Positions 34,183 through 47,464 are shown, counted from the first letter of the whole stretch. The stretch is 53,863 nucleotides of DNA, filler included, from Dirinaria sp. TL-2023a (GCA_051941275.1; 3 parts of 3 records of this genome joined end to end with filler, not necessarily neighbours in it); one strand, 5' to 3'. Translations and numbers: made by a program. The notes: generated from the letters alone by a model not told the origin.

Positions 34183-35329
34183 GACTGGGAGTTGGCCGAA
34201 ATCTCGAAAGGACTGCAAGACGACCTCATCATTATAAATGGACAGCGCACAATATTAAAGCTGATTCAGGATTTCAGACCCTAAGAGCCGGTACCTGCAG
34301 CATGCATAGCGGCTCCAATGATAGTAGAAGGTGCATGCAAGCTTGCCTGGACTTCTTTCCTCCCACTGGCTTCTCACCCGTTTCCCGTTCGGCTCCATCA
34401 CGGAAGCGGTCTTAGGGCTGTGGAGCTTGCGCATAGGCAAGTCCATAAATGTCTGCGTTAAACTTCTTCGACAACAAAGAACTCCAAGGTTGCATGAATG
34501 GCGACGGGAAACCAGACTCGACAGTGAAATCTCTTGGCGAAGAATCCTGAAGGATGCAGGGCTGAGAGAATGAGGGATGCGATTGGGAGACCGTGGGCCG
34601 GGGGGACAGGTCAAAATACACAGCCGCACGACGGTCTGCAGAACAGTCGGACGTAATTGGTCTCTGGAAAGTAAGCTTGCGAGGCTGGAAATTGGTTCTC
34701 TGATCGATTGGCTGTTCTTGCCGCTGAGCCGAAGGATTCTGGCGGTTTCATGTGCCAGCTATCTTCAAAGATCGAGTTTTAGGTGCCGCATTGGATCGAA
34801 ACTCTAGAACCGAGGCGCAGTCCTGACGTTTCCAACCTTACTTTTCTTCAGTGCTGAGAAATCAAGAACGCGATAGATGAGATGATCAGGGAGAAGTTGG
34901 TGGTTTGGTTGATAGACTTCAAAAGGCAAGCTGAAAGAGATTGAGACGAAGATACTGGCGATATATCATGTCAGTATTAAGTTGGTTTGTTTAGTTGCTT
35001 GATTGGGCCGGCTACCTAAGGTTTAGCCTCCGTACCTCGGTAGCGAGCCAGCGAGCCGAACAGCGCTGATGGCCGAAAATAATGTGGACTATGAAGAGCT
35101 TGTACTGTACTTGTACCAAGAAGTACATGCCACTAAACGTAGCTCTGTACTCTAGACCGCGGAAGCATCACGGACTCCTTTCACTTCCAGCACCAAGCTG
35201 AGCCTGTCAAATGTTAGTCCTGCTCGCGGTTCCGCTGAAGGATTCCTCAATCCTCCTGGCAGCATCCTCCTCTCGGGAACGCTCATCAAATCATCATTAT
35301 TGAGCCAGCATTTTGTCGATGATCATTTT

Positions 35330-35900
35330 TGCCTCGTTCAGACAATTTGCATTAGACATATGATCTCCCGAGAGTAGCCCCGTCAAACTTTTTCCTTCTC
35401 GCGTACTTTACTCCTCCTCTCCCTCTTTAAAAGTCTCTTCTTTCATACCTCTCTATCATTTTCTTTCGGCGGCGCCTCTGCTCGCTGTTTTCGATAGCCA
35501 TTTCTCGTTCGTTGACCTGCGTCCTCAGCTGCAAAGGGGTCGCAGATGCAAATGGCATGCTTTATAAATGGAAAAAAACGTTCAGAGACTGTGGACTCCA
35601 ATAATGACCTCTCCAGCCTCCCAGGGATACACATGCTCGGAATAAGTCTCGCACTTTCGATGAGACTCTTCATCAAGCATTCCGCCTCGTCATCTTGAGC
35701 CGATCATCGAGATCTTGCTCCGTTTTTCGTGCATCTTATTTATTTTGTCAAGTGCATCGATCGCGTAGCTGAACTTTTGTCTTGAGTTCTCGATTTTCCG
35801 CTCGAAGATCGACGCTGAAGTCTTCATTTGAGCTCTGTGTGATAGGTGCTGTTTTTTCTGTGCCTAATTGAGTACGATGGCTATTCTCTGAGTCTTTGGG
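35330..35900 (-). pseudogene. Stop-riddled coiled-coil-like ORF remnant running out of the gap
   Basis: Minus strand reads ...DLRAENRELKTKVQLRDRCT*QNK*DARKTEQDLDDRLKMTRRNA** and QLRTQVNEREMAIENSEQRRRRKKMIERYE. Confidence 0.3.
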
Positions 35901-36000
35901 NNNNNNNNNNNNNNNNNNNNNNNNNNNNNNNNNNNNNNNNNNNNTTAATTAATTAANNNNNNNNNNNNNNNNNNNNNNNNNNNNNNNNNNNNNNNNNNNN
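35901..36000. other. Assembly gap with synthetic stop-codon linker
   Basis: 44 N + TTAATTAATTAA + 44 N. Confidence 0.97.
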
Positions 36001-36758
36001 CCCATATTCTAGAGGAATCTGATGCTTTTGATGAAGAATGAGCAAGCGACTACTAGGTTAGTCGCCGCTACATTAGTAAAATACTTGCCTCATATCATAT
36101 GGAAAAGTGCTAAGGTAGTCAAAAGAATAACTCAAATCGAAAAATGTGGGAAAAGTCGATAAGGGTGCTTTTTTTTATACCAGGAAGTTTCCTGCAAATA
36201 CATTCTGATGAAAGTCGAATATTATCAAATCCACCTCCATCCCAACTCAAAATTTGAGCGTGAAAATAGTCCACAGTCTATGAACAAATAATAATGACAG
36301 TGACAACATATCTTCAATTTGCCATTCAGAAATTCGGAAGACAGTTTTATATTGTTGACGATGTATTATCATATCTCGCCGAACCGGTAAATCGATTGTC
36401 TGACAGCTGAAGTTTGGTGGATGCATTCTTAGTACAAAATTTCGAGCTAGTGTGAAATATTACGATAAGCGTGGATTTCGGGTGTATTGGACAACTTATC
36501 AGATAAGATACGGATTCAACGTTGCTTTTAATCTGCATCTTTATCAGCTCCGTGATCTAAGATTTGAGCCTGCGATGAGATGGGATGAAAGACCCAAACG
36601 TCGAATCTAAGGACAGTTGGCTCTTGAATTACGCCTGTCTTCTTTTGTTTTCACAATTCTCGCCAAGGTAAATACTTCGACATCGATCGAGACCGAGACG
36701 CACCGTAAAAACCAACCAAGCATGCCATGGACCGATTGGCGCCTTATTGTGCTTCACG

Positions 36759-37528
36759 TCAATCGTGCTTGATCTGCTCATCTGCAGCAGTTTTCTTCGA
36801 GGACTCGTCTATCTCGACAAACGCGGCCTCATCGTCGTTCTCGTGCTGGAAAGTAAAGGAGCGCGTCATGATGTTATTCCAGTACTCTCCTGTTGTACCA
36901 TACCTTGTCTTAGCTGCATATCAGTTGCATAGTTGTTGCCAGAGTACAAACAACTCAACAAAAAAGTCTCTTGCTGCTCACCGGTCTGCTCGCCACTGTG
37001 CTCGTCAATATTTCCCGTGATAAAATGAGCAAAATACCCATGTGTGACCAGCACAATCTCCCTTTCCTCCCTATCACGTAGCCACCGCCGCAACGCCCTC
37101 GCCCTTGCAAACAGCGACCCATGATCCACTGCATTCCGGCCAGTCTTCACATACCAATCATCCGCGAGGTTACTGTAATCGATTTGCTGATCCCCGAATT
37201 CCGGCTTCAATACCGATAGTGGACTACCAGTCTCTGAGGGCACATCCGTCCCTTCCTGCGCATCGGGTAAAGCCACAATTTGCATTCCCCGCTGCGCGAC
37301 TTCGGGTTCGAATGCCAGGAGAGTGGTGAGTAGTGTGCGCCGCAAAGGTGAAGCGCAGAGAAGGTCTACTTCCTTGTGACGAGGGAATTGAGTGCGCAAT
37401 TGATGACATTGCTCCCGACCGTATGGCGTCAGGACGGGATCACGCACATTAGTGTCCGGATGGGACTGAGGAAGCTGATTATAGCCCTGGGCGTGGCGAA
37501 TAAGGTGGATTGTAGAGTCTGGTGCCAT
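36759..37528 (-). CDS. Histidine phosphatase / phosphoglycerate mutase-like protein (2 exons)
   Basis: IHLIRHAQG catalytic motif, DPVLTPYGREQC, ASPLRRTLLT, IVLVTHG. Intron 36981-36890, then GEYWNNIMTRSFTF...IKHD*. Confidence 0.88.
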
Positions 37529-38620
37529 GCCCAAAGTGGCTCATAGATTGGCTTTGAACGTTCCTAGAGCCGAGTGAAAATATATGTTGCGATCGCTGTC
37601 GAATTATACGGAGCGAAGGAATAGCGAATCGGGAGAATAGCAAATAATAAGTGCTATAGATGTAATGAATTGCGAACGCCGTAGACCTACCTCCCGGTGG
37701 CTAGCCTTTCCGACTAACCCGATCGTCTCATCTGCCACAATTCTAATTCTGGATTTGTGCTGAGGTTTACAATGCGGATCCGCTGTATGATAGGTAGCAT
37801 CTCAACTTCGCCAAGTCTGGGCGATTCTGAAACATAGCGACGAAAATCATGGACAGCTCCAATACGACCAAAAAATCCGAATTAGAACCCCTAAGAACCA
37901 CCAAATAGCTGAAGCGTCGTCGCATCCAACTCTAGTCAATCAGCGTCTCAAAAAGAAACCCCAAAAAAAAAAAATTTAAAAAAAAAATTACAAAGACCAC
38001 ACGTCCCACAAAAACAAGACATCAAAACCTCCACCGAAGCGCAAAGCAAACCAGCATGTTCATTTTCGAGAGGGAAGATCCGATCTCTATTCCCCATGTA
38101 TTATCTAGCGTTCCCGAGGCTTCCGCAGTCACGGGGGCTCCGGGATGACTGAAAGAGAGAAAAAAATAAACATGACGATAGATGGGGGAAAAAAGGGTCT
38201 TAATGCCACCACCCTCCCCTCCCCAAAAGATACTCATTTTCACATGCTAATGTATCCGAACCTTTTTGATGCCTCGGATTTAATTATATCAATTTCTTTG
38301 CTTTGACAGAGTGTAAGTTTCAAGCAACGACGAAGTGAGGTTGAACTGATTCACCACAAAATTGCCATTGCCAAATAAGCAAATCGTTAAAGGAGGTCAA
38401 AGAGGTTAAAAGTTTTTTTTGAGAGAGGCATTATTGATAGGTGAAAATCGTAAGGTGGCGTGGTCACAGTGGACCCTTTTTTTGTTTTTGATAAAGCAGG
38501 CTCATCTTCCATTCCACATAGCACACTCTCTATTGGTGTCTACCCCAGAACGAATGTCCCTTTCTACCTAAGTGGTCGGACTTGCATACTCTTCCACACC
38601 AGTGCCCCACAGCCTGCGCG

Positions 38621-40320
38621 ATGGATTCTAGAGCGAACAGCTCGCATACCGCGATTCACATGCAAGATCATCAGGAGATACCCAACATCAAGCATGCTTT
38701 GGCCAACGGCGAGATGTCTCGGGATACTCCTAAGCTCGAAATGGGAGAATCCCCTGCCGCTGCTCCTGGCATTGACACAGAGGACCAAGATTGCGGTCTG
38801 CAGCCTTCAGAAGCCGCGATCCGTGAATGCGAGGCACGAGAAGGAATCACGGCCACAAAAGAGCAACGAGGCTGGAGAAGAATCATTCGAAATTTCACAC
38901 CGTCGTAAGATTGAATTCCTTCTTCCCCTCGCCCTCTCCCAGCCGTCCATGTACTTAAATGCTAAAAGATTCTCAAAACTTTGCGAGACTGAACTTGGCT
39001 AACGGCAGTGCCGTATAAGATGGTTTTCTGTTGTCATGGGTACCGGCATCGTGTCAATTCTGCTACACAATTTGCCCTACAATGGTCGCTGGCTCTATTG
39101 GACATCTGTTGTCATCTTTACTTTGAATGTTCTTCTCTTCAGCGTCTTCCTTATCATATCCGTTCTCCGTTACACCATATACCCCGAAATATGGCTTGCA
39201 ATGATAAAGCACCCGGCGCAGTCGCTTTTCATGGGCACATTTCCAATGGGCCTTGCAACAATCGTCAACATGATCGTTTTCGTCTGCGTGCCAGCGTGGG
39301 GGCCAAAGGCCGTTAATCTAGTAAATACTCGCCCATAGTGGTGATATAAGTTTCCATTTAACAAGAGCAGGCTTGGGCGTTATGGTGGGCTGACGTCGTG
39401 ATTTCCCTCTTCACCTGTCTCTATCTCCCTTTCGTAATGTGAGTTCTGAAGACCACGGATTTCTCTTTTGAAACAAAAGCAAGGCAAGCAAGCACTGAAA
39501 TTGTTCAATACTAGAATGTACTTCCACAAAACCGAACTTTCAACCATGACAGCGGCCTGGCTTTTACCGATTGTTGCTCCGATTGTCGCCGCGGCAAGCG
39601 GAGGTGTCGTCGCCGAGATTTTGCCAAACCCTCAACACGCTCTGTGGACCGTTATTGTGTCGTATATTCTTTGGGGCATCGGTGTCCCGCTCGCAATGGC
39701 CGTTCTGGTGATCTATTTTCACCGCCTAACAATATGGAAACTCCCCTCCCGCGAAGTCATCGTCTCTGTATTTCTACCCCTAGGTCCCCTAGGTCAAGGC
39801 GGTTTCGCCATCATGCAATTAGGGAAAGTATCGCTCACTATATTTCAAAAGACACATACTCTTGAAGCTGCGAATGGACAAGCCGGTGAGATCTTGTATG
39901 TAATCGGATGGCTTACTGCCCTCGTCATGTGGGGTTTCGCAGTCGTCTGGCTCTTCTTCGCGGTCGCCAGTATAAGCAGCAGCAGCAAATTCCCATTCAA
40001 CATTGGCTGGTGGGGCTTCACTTTCCCCCTTGGGGTTTTCAGTGTTTCGACCACAACAATCGGAAAAGAGCTTCCATCGGTGTTCTTCGATGTGCTTGGT
40101 ACAGTATGTAATATTTGATCTCTTCTAAGACCGGCTTGGTATTCAGGCTGACACAACCATTCAGATATTTTCAATCATGGTTACGCTGCTCTGGATAATG
40201 GTGGTCTGCGGAACATTGAAGGGGCTTGCGGCGGGAGGTCTGCTATTTGCACCGTGTTTGAACGACCTCGAAGGCAAGAAGGACTTTGCAGCAAAGGATT
40301 TCGATGACAAGAGTGCGTAA
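38621..40320 (+). CDS. SLAC1/TDT-family sulfite efflux pump / malate permease (Ssu1/Mae1-like), 5 exons
   Basis: GWRRIIRNFTPSWFSVVMGTGIVSILL, HPAQSLFMGTFPMGLATI, MTAAWLLPIVAPIVAAASG, SVFLPLGPLGQGGF, FNIGWWGFTFPLG. Introns 38905-39019, 39321-39370, 39439-39514, 40104-40164. Confidence 0.92.
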
Positions 40321-41442
40321 GGTTGTCAGCGCTGAATGACTGAATGAAGCTTTTGTTGCGAGTGTTCGCAAGAACAGAATTACCAATTCCCTTGCTGCTC
40401 GGCTTGAGCGGGAAGGGTAGAGTTCACATTGCGCCATCCGCATCTAAAATCTTCTTAAACATCCTCGATCGGAATATTTCCTCCATCGGAGAATAAAAAT
40501 CGATGAAGCTAGTACGATGCCAATAAAGCAAGACCTAGACCTCGCGGGGGATCAGATGTTTCGCACCTGGCGAAGCCATAACCTGAAGAACCTAAAAAAC
40601 TATATGCACATCTTACACAGCATCCCATTCCCATCGACGAACTAACTGAGCCATCATAACAACCCTTTCATTCATGCGTCAGAGAAACGAATTCTCTCAA
40701 CACAAGACTAAACAGCTAGTCTCTAAAGGGCCAAGTCCACAGCGCTCCAAGACCGAAACCCCCTATCTCAATCTCGAATAAGTACTGCGGATTCCAAATC
40801 ACGGGCATCTTACATATTCAATCCCACAAGCTCATATCGAAATCGAATTCGCGATCCCATGTCCAGCCGTTCAATATGCGCAGATCCGTGTCTCACCTTG
40901 TAACAGCATCAGCGAAAGCGAAATCGAATCTGACGCTGTTTTTTTTTGAAAAGGTGGTGAGAGTAAAGCTACCTTACCTTGTGATCAAAACGTCCCGTAC
41001 GTATATGGTGGAAATATGGTTCTGACGCCTGAGTGAGGATGGGATTTTAGCAAGACGCAAATCGAGTCTAGGTAAGTAAGTGAAGAAGTCGCGGTCATGA
41101 AGATGTCAGCTGCTAGCGAAGTGGTAGCATCTTGTTCGTTGTTGTTGGATTTTGTTCTGAATCCCATCTTGACGAGGTGATCATATTTTGGTTAAGTTCT
41201 AAGCTAGTCCTATCTTCACAAGTTGTGCTGGTAAAAGCGACCTTGTGAATAGTACCTAGGAAGTACGAGTGCTTGCTAAAGGGGCTGGGGGGGAAGGTTC
41301 TGCTCGCTACTGTTCAAGTTCAACTTAGCGCTGATAAGCAGCAGACAGGACGGCTTTTGCGGAGATGTTTCCAAACTTTTGCTTGGTCATTGGTACAAAG
41401 GGTATCGTTCATATATACACAGTGTTTGGCTACTGGACCTTT

Positions 41443-42884
41443 CTATTCTTCTCCCATAGCGCCAAGGACCGCTCTTGTGAAGTCGTGCGTAGTGTGGGTG
41501 CCGCCCATATCAGGCGTTCGGATTTTACTGCGTTTTTGTCCTGTCAGCAAGAGTCCGTAAGGCGTTCATCATCGTCAATAATAACTGACCCTTCTTGCAC
41601 AACATCGTAGACGCCCTTGGAGATACGATTGGCATGCTCATCGAGCCCCAAATGCCGGAGAAGCATTGATCCCGAGAGAAGCATCGCCGTCGGATTGGCT
41701 TGATCTTTGCCTTTTATATCCAGACCGACGTGTCTGCAACCCGGCTCAAAGACGGCCACGTCTCGGCCCATATTGCAGCCAGGGACAATACCGGGGCCTC
41801 CGACAAGCGCGGCTCCGACGTTCGATAGGATGCTTCCGTACAAGTTCGGCATCACCATAACATCGAACTGTTGTGGTTTTGAAACCGCTTGCATGGAGGC
41901 GTTATCGACGATCATGTCGTTCACCTCCAGAGTGGGGTAGTCTTGCGCAACCTTGTGGAAAGTGTCCCTGAACAGCCCGTCCGCCAACTTCATGATGTTA
42001 GCCTTGTGTATGCAGGTGACTTTGTTCCTGTGATTCGCAAGCGCAAAGCTGAATGCGAATTTGGCAATACGCTCGGACTTTGCTCGTGTGATGATTTTGA
42101 GAGACTCGACAACGCCTGATACTGATTGGTGCTCCAGACCGGAGTATTCGCCTTCCGTGTTCTCACGAATGATGCAGAGGTCGACGTTGTTATGGCGGGT
42201 TTGATAGCCCGGAATGTTCTTGATCAGGACGATAGAGGCATATATGTCCAGCTCTTGCCGTAAGGCGACGTTGAAGGATTGGTGACCAGAGCGTTCGACT
42301 GGGGTATGGAGGATACCTTGGACGCATCAGCCAACATTCGAAAGTAGTCAGCGCTATGGAAAACCTTTGAGTCCAAGTTTATTCCGCTTGAGCGAGGCGA
42401 TTGACTCTCGGAACAGTTCCTCGGAGTGTTTGTCTCCTGTCTCCACACCGGTCACATCGACTTGCTCCCACTCTATGGGCACATTGTCGGCTTTGAATAT
42501 CGTCTTCACTGACTCTGCAACTTCGGCACCGATACCATCACCTATTGATATTTCTCAGAACATGCTCTGACTCTGGACTGTCGTCACCAATACAAACGGA
42601 CCTGGAATCAGAGTCGTAGTGTATTTCCCGCCATATTTTGTTGGCTTGAAAATGTCCGACTGGACTGTGGCCATTGCTAGATGGACACGTCAATTGAAGT
42701 ATGTTAGAAGATAGCATAGCGAAGACACACATCTTACAGCGATTGAATTTTTGCTGCATCGAATCGGAGCTTTAGCAGCTCGCAGCAGGGGCTGGACAAG
42801 AGTCAGTCGCAACTGTGAGCTTGAACAGGCAAGCACGACGGTGACACATACCTGTGCCGCCCTCGCAGGGTGACGTAAAAGCAT
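41443..42884 (-). CDS. IDH1: Mitochondrial NAD-dependent isocitrate dehydrogenase subunit 1
   Basis: QSDIFKPTKYGGKYTTTLIPG, GHQSFNVALRQELDIYAS, DMIVDNASMQAVSKPQQFDVMVMPNLYG, FEPGCRHVGLDIKGKDQANPTA, DMGGTHTTHDFTRAVL; multiple short introns. Confidence 0.95.
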
Positions 42885-43199
42885 TCTTGTAAGAATACTG
42901 ATCTAAAAGATATCAACGTAGTTTGAGAAGATGGGGAGCTCAAAGGAGCAAAAGCAACTTCCACTCGGCATCACATGCCACATGCGGCAATGGAAGCCGA
43001 GGACGCGCCAAGCATATTAAATTACTTTAGCGTGCGTTACAATTTCACCTTCGAGCATGATTACCCGACTACATCTTTCAACCTCCTCGCTCACCAGCAA
43101 ATACTTCAGTTGTAAGACCTCAGAACTCCGGAGATGCGCTTGCAGGAATATTCATTCGCTCCTGTTCCGGTTTTTCTAAAGCGGAGTCAACTAGCATTC

Positions 43200-44150
43200 G
43201 AAACCTCGCCACTGTGCGTCTCCAACTGTGGAAAGTGTATCAAAATCCAATGGTTGGATCAATTGCAACTAATACAACGAAGTTCCAAGGCTCTAGAACT
43301 CTCCGAGCCTGATGATGATATCACTGGTATTTAGGAGACTATCAAAGTTTACAAAGGATGGGAGCACAGACGAAATGGGCTTGAATTCCTTGAATTTTTG
43401 ACATTTCGTCAAAGATTAGCATTCAGCGCAGCTTCGAAAACACATGCGGACGATTTTTAGGGCCATATTAATGTGCGGATCGCGATGTTTAGAGGCAGGA
43501 GGCAGTCACAAAAGAACACACTTGCTAAATTTTGCTCTCATGCGAAACTTCCAGTCTTATTGCTTCTCTTCGCTAACATTTCAGTCACTGAAGAGGCCAA
43601 AATGTTCGGTAGTCCAAAGGCAGAGCGATAATGTGGAATACAGTATCTAATTTCATGAAATGTCTTCTTAGGCCACGCATCCGTGGCCAAGTCTCTGATG
43701 CCTGCGCAGTCGATAGACCAGTCTCAGGCCTTCTTAGTATCGAGTGCTGCGATCCAACCTCTCAAGGTTTACGTCCAGGCGACGAGCTTTAATTTGTGTC
43801 TCCCTCACCACACCCCACAAGCCTGGATTCAATCATATCTATGCCACTATTGCTCTGTCGGTAAAGACGAGTGTCAGGAGATGATGGTACTTCAGTAGCC
43901 ACGGTAACTCGTATGCAGGTCTCATAAGAGAGTGTCTTTGATATGAAATGGGAAGGACGGTTGCAGCAGAATAACAAGCAAAAAAATTACAGATCTATGT
44001 GGTAATGAGATTGGGCACCAATAATACTACAAGCTTTGAAAAGACTGAGCTATTTACAAAGAGGAGTACAGTCCTGAACTCAGAGACTTGTGTCCAGCTT
44101 CAGGCTTTTCTTTGAGGCTAGCAGTGACCCTCGGCCATGAATAGAGAATC
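43200..44150 (+). pseudogene. Possible highly decayed Ser/Thr protein kinase relic
   Basis: Weak fragments in kinase-like order: KFCSHAKL (cf. EYCxxGDL), HASVAKSLM (cf. FHSLAKAL), PGFNHIYATIALS, YSPELRDL. No intact HRD or DFG; many stops. Confidence 0.22.
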
Positions 44151-44560
44151 TAAAGGCTCGACTGTGGTTAGCTTTAACATCTCAACTGGCGTTGGATAAC
44201 ACCAGACCTTCAACGTGATACACATCGTCAAGCATGGACCACTCACGCCCTACATCTGGGCTCCACCTACTTTTGAGAGTCATACAAAGAGAGACTTTGA
44301 GATTCTCAGACTTTGAGACTCTCAGACTTCGTTGCTGGACTTCCCTCGCTTAAGTTCACAACTAGACGATTTGTCGAAAGCGCAATATTTGGGAGGTTTG
44401 ACTGGAAGCTGGAACTGCGAGATAGAGCTCTATAAGTGATCTGCATAAGCTTCATATTGAACGAATTGGGAGCGTCATGTCGTGGCCGCAAGTAGGTGAT
44501 TGCGTTCAAGTGGCGTAATGAGAAGTATGTTGAATTCCATAAGCACCGATCCAGTCATTC

Positions 44561-45693
44561 TCATTCAGTCGAAGTTCGATTGTTGGCAGTCCATTTCATG
44601 AAGAAGCCAACATCGTTCACGATGGCTCCAGGTACGCCCATTTTCTGAGCTGCCATGGGAAGATTTCCTCTAGCATCGCTGGCTGTGGCCATGATCCATT
44701 CAACTTCATCGGACTCGGTCAGAATACAACGCTCAATGCTCGTATAAACTCTTTAACCATCATTAGCATTGATTTACCTAGACAATATAGTGGAAAGCTG
44801 GGGAACATACGCAAATACAGGTTTCTTCCTTTTTATAGGACTGTCCCCTTCTGTTTGATTTCTTCCGCTGCTGTAGAATGACTGTGGCAGAGATCTTAGG
44901 TTGACCGGTATCTGCACGACGACAAGTCCATTGGAGCTAGTCCTCGCATGAACAACCAAGACTGGAAAGACCCGCGGAGCTAGCGGAAAAGGAAGTTTGT
45001 GACACATTTCATAGACTAGATACCGTGATCAGCACATTCTAGTCTTTGGAATTGTGCCATCAAAAGCGTACTCATCATTTTCACATCCGCATACTCTCCC
45101 AACCCATCTGCCAGTCTTCCGATGTCGTCATTCCAGTCCAAAACTTTGTAAGAGTCGAATACATCAGGTGTATATTCCCTTTCATGCTCCGAGTGATTCA
45201 CCCTCAGTCCTTCGTCGAATTCCCTCCAATTTGCTGTCCCCAAATCTCCCTTATTGGCATGAACACTCTTCCGCGCAAACCACGCTTCGCCATAGCTCTG
45301 TTTTGCCCTCGATGACTTCCGTGGTATATTTGCACTTGTCCAGGGTATCTTACTTATCTCATCACTACTGATCATGCGTTGCGAGACTTCAATCTTGGCA
45401 GTTGCCGGAGGGTTGGACTTCGTGGATTTGGGCTTAAAAGTTGAAGGTAGCGTTTGGTCGACGAAAGTCGTAGCTTCAGATAAGACAGAGATTAAGAAGG
45501 GTCCGAGACACGGATGGCCGTTGGCATCGAGATTTGTGTCTGGTGACGAGGCGGAAGTTGGAGGCGAGGGAGAGTCGTCAGAGTCGTGCTTCTTATGAGG
45601 CGAGGCGGCGAGATATTCTTCGATGTTCGGATGAGAAGGTATTTCGCTCAACTTCAAAGGTATCAGGCGGACAAGATTGCTTAGTGACATCAT
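44561..45693 (-). CDS. DUF3074-family protein (3 exons)
   Basis: EAWFARKSVH...WREFDEGLRVNHSEHEREYTPDV, PLAPRVFPVLVV, YTSIERC, WIMATASDARGNLP...GVPGAIVNDVGFFMKW; two GT-AG introns. Confidence 0.85.
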
Positions 45694-46383
45694 GGAATAA
45701 ATGAACAAAAGTAGAGGCTCCAAGATCAAGACAGATAGAAATCGGTAATGCTAGAATATGAACAGATGACTTTTCAACAGGAGAGTGCTGATATGGAAGA
45801 CAGTGATAACGTAATTCTCTTGAGAAGAGATTTGCGAAAAAGAGAGGATTGGAAGCATTCGCGGGTTTCATCCAAATGAGACCGAGGTGGCATGGATTGC
45901 AGGTCGTTTTCAGCGACAAGGTAATTCAAGGCGAGCTACATTTGTCCTCTATGTGCCATGCCAGATTTGACTGTATGGCCTGGCAATGAAACTCATGGCC
46001 CTATTCAATAATAATAATCATCAGCAATTTTTCTGATAGTGGATGGGTGTAGAAATTGCCCAGAGAACCGACAGCTGGTTTATCTACTAGTTGGTGATTT
46101 CATAAGATAAGCTTGAGCTTGGACTAACATGGGACACCCTATAATTCATTTCACTTCCAGCATAGCTATACCTGCCACTACGACAAACATTTACGAGCTG
46201 CTTGTCTAGAACATCGCATATACATTCTTACAGCTGACGTGCTGCAAGGCATTACATATCTAGAATTAAACATGACCAATGCGGCTGTTAAATGCAGCTC
46301 GCGGGTCCGTAGATACACACTGGCATTGGCTATATTGAGCGTGGAATTTCAGATGATCGGGATGCCATATTCGTCTTGCGTCT

Positions 46384-47154
46384 CTATCCATACCGGCCCA
46401 TGCTCCGTCTTTCGTCGTCGCCCGTCTCCTTAATCCTCTCCAACTCCCTATGCCTCCTCACCATCTTCCTCTTCCTCTCTCCGCCATCGACTTTCATACC
46501 CCTCCTCTCTTCCCACATACGCTCCTGCACCTTCAGTATTGCAGCTCTGCCCGCCGTACCCTTTACTGGTTGGATATACGGTCCGACAATGGAATGAGCT
46601 CCCCGAACTTTCATGCCCTCCACAGGTTGGAACTCCTCATACTTCAAACTTTGTTCTTGCTCTTGCTCTTGCGTGTCTGGAGGAACGTTCACAACCATTT
46701 TTCTCACCCTTCGCAGCCCAGTCGTGGGCGAGAAGGCATTGGACGCATCCTCTGGTAGCGGGACTTCCACAAGTCTGAGTTGGGCTGTGGAATCGATAAC
46801 GTGTTTCAAGTCACCTCCTATACCATGAATGCCTTTTCTGAACCTATCTCTCCACCAAAGAAGGTATCTTCGATCTCTCGCGGGCTCGACGCCTGCTTCG
46901 CGGAATTGCTGAGAAGAATAGGAAAAAAGTTCTTGCCACCCAGGTATCTTAGCAGCGTGTCTAGAGAGATTGCGACCAATAAGTGTGAGAAAGGTCTTCG
47001 AGTCGGGAACGAATGGGGTTGACGGTGGGATATCGCTTGCAGGTACTAGTTTGGCTTTGCGGTGAAGATGCCGAACGTGCTGGTGTTGTGGTCTTAGTAG
47101 CGAGGGTAGGAGAAAAGATGGCAATGAGACAGCGGTGGCATTTCGTATGGCCAT
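46384..47154 (-). CDS. FYV4: Mitochondrial small ribosomal subunit protein mS41 (IGR-motif protein)
   Basis: Presequence-like N-terminus; PFVPDSKTFLTLIGRNLSRHAAKIPGWQELF...GVEPARDRRYLLWWRDRFR is the IGR motif; C-terminal GMKVDGGERKR. Confidence 0.88.
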   Translation of the reverse strand: MAIRNATAVSLPSFLLPSLLRPQHQHVRHLHRKAKLVPASDIPPSTPFVPDSKTFLTLIGRNLSRHAAKIPGWQELFSYSSQQFREAGVEPARDRRYLLWWRDRFRKGIHGIGGDLKHVIDSTAQLRLVEVPLPEDASNAFSPTTGLRRVRKMVVNVPPDTQEQEQEQSLKYEEFQPVEGMKVRGAHSIVGPYIQPVKGTAGRAAILKVQERMWEERRGMKVDGGERKRKMVRRHRELERIKETGDDERRSMGRYG

Positions 47155-47464
47155 CTTTCCAATTCAATGGTTGCGGGGGATGATCGCGCAGGTGGACTTG
47201 TGCTCGAGGATGATGTACGAGTACCTCCTACGCGAAATTTGGAAGATGGAGCGGAGCGTGATGACTAATGAGGTTCCTGCAATTAAATGGCTTGGCATCA
47301 AGATACCTACTTTAAGCTCCTCAGGTGTTCGTATCTCAAGAAAATCTAGGCGCGCAATCCCGACTGCAAGCGACTAGTCTTCAGTGATTTGAAGCTATGA
47401 TTTCAAAGATCCAAAGTTCCGACAGTAGAACCTGACAATTCTTCCGGCGGTACTGTCGCTAGTT
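47155..47464. promoter_or_regulatory. Short (310 bp) divergent intergenic region, probable bidirectional promoter
   Basis: The FYV4 ATG (47154, -) and KIN28 ATG (47465, +) are head-to-head. Confidence 0.5.

Noticed and set aside
37963..37987. Poly(A) tract as a retro-insertion tail
   Set aside because: No upstream SINE/LINE body or TSD; it looks like an ordinary promoter poly(dA:dT) tract.
40976..41080. U1 snRNA (minus-strand ACTTACCT plus GATCACAAGG)
   Set aside because: The two motifs are ~90 nt apart instead of ~20, and no convincing stem-loops or Sm site were found.
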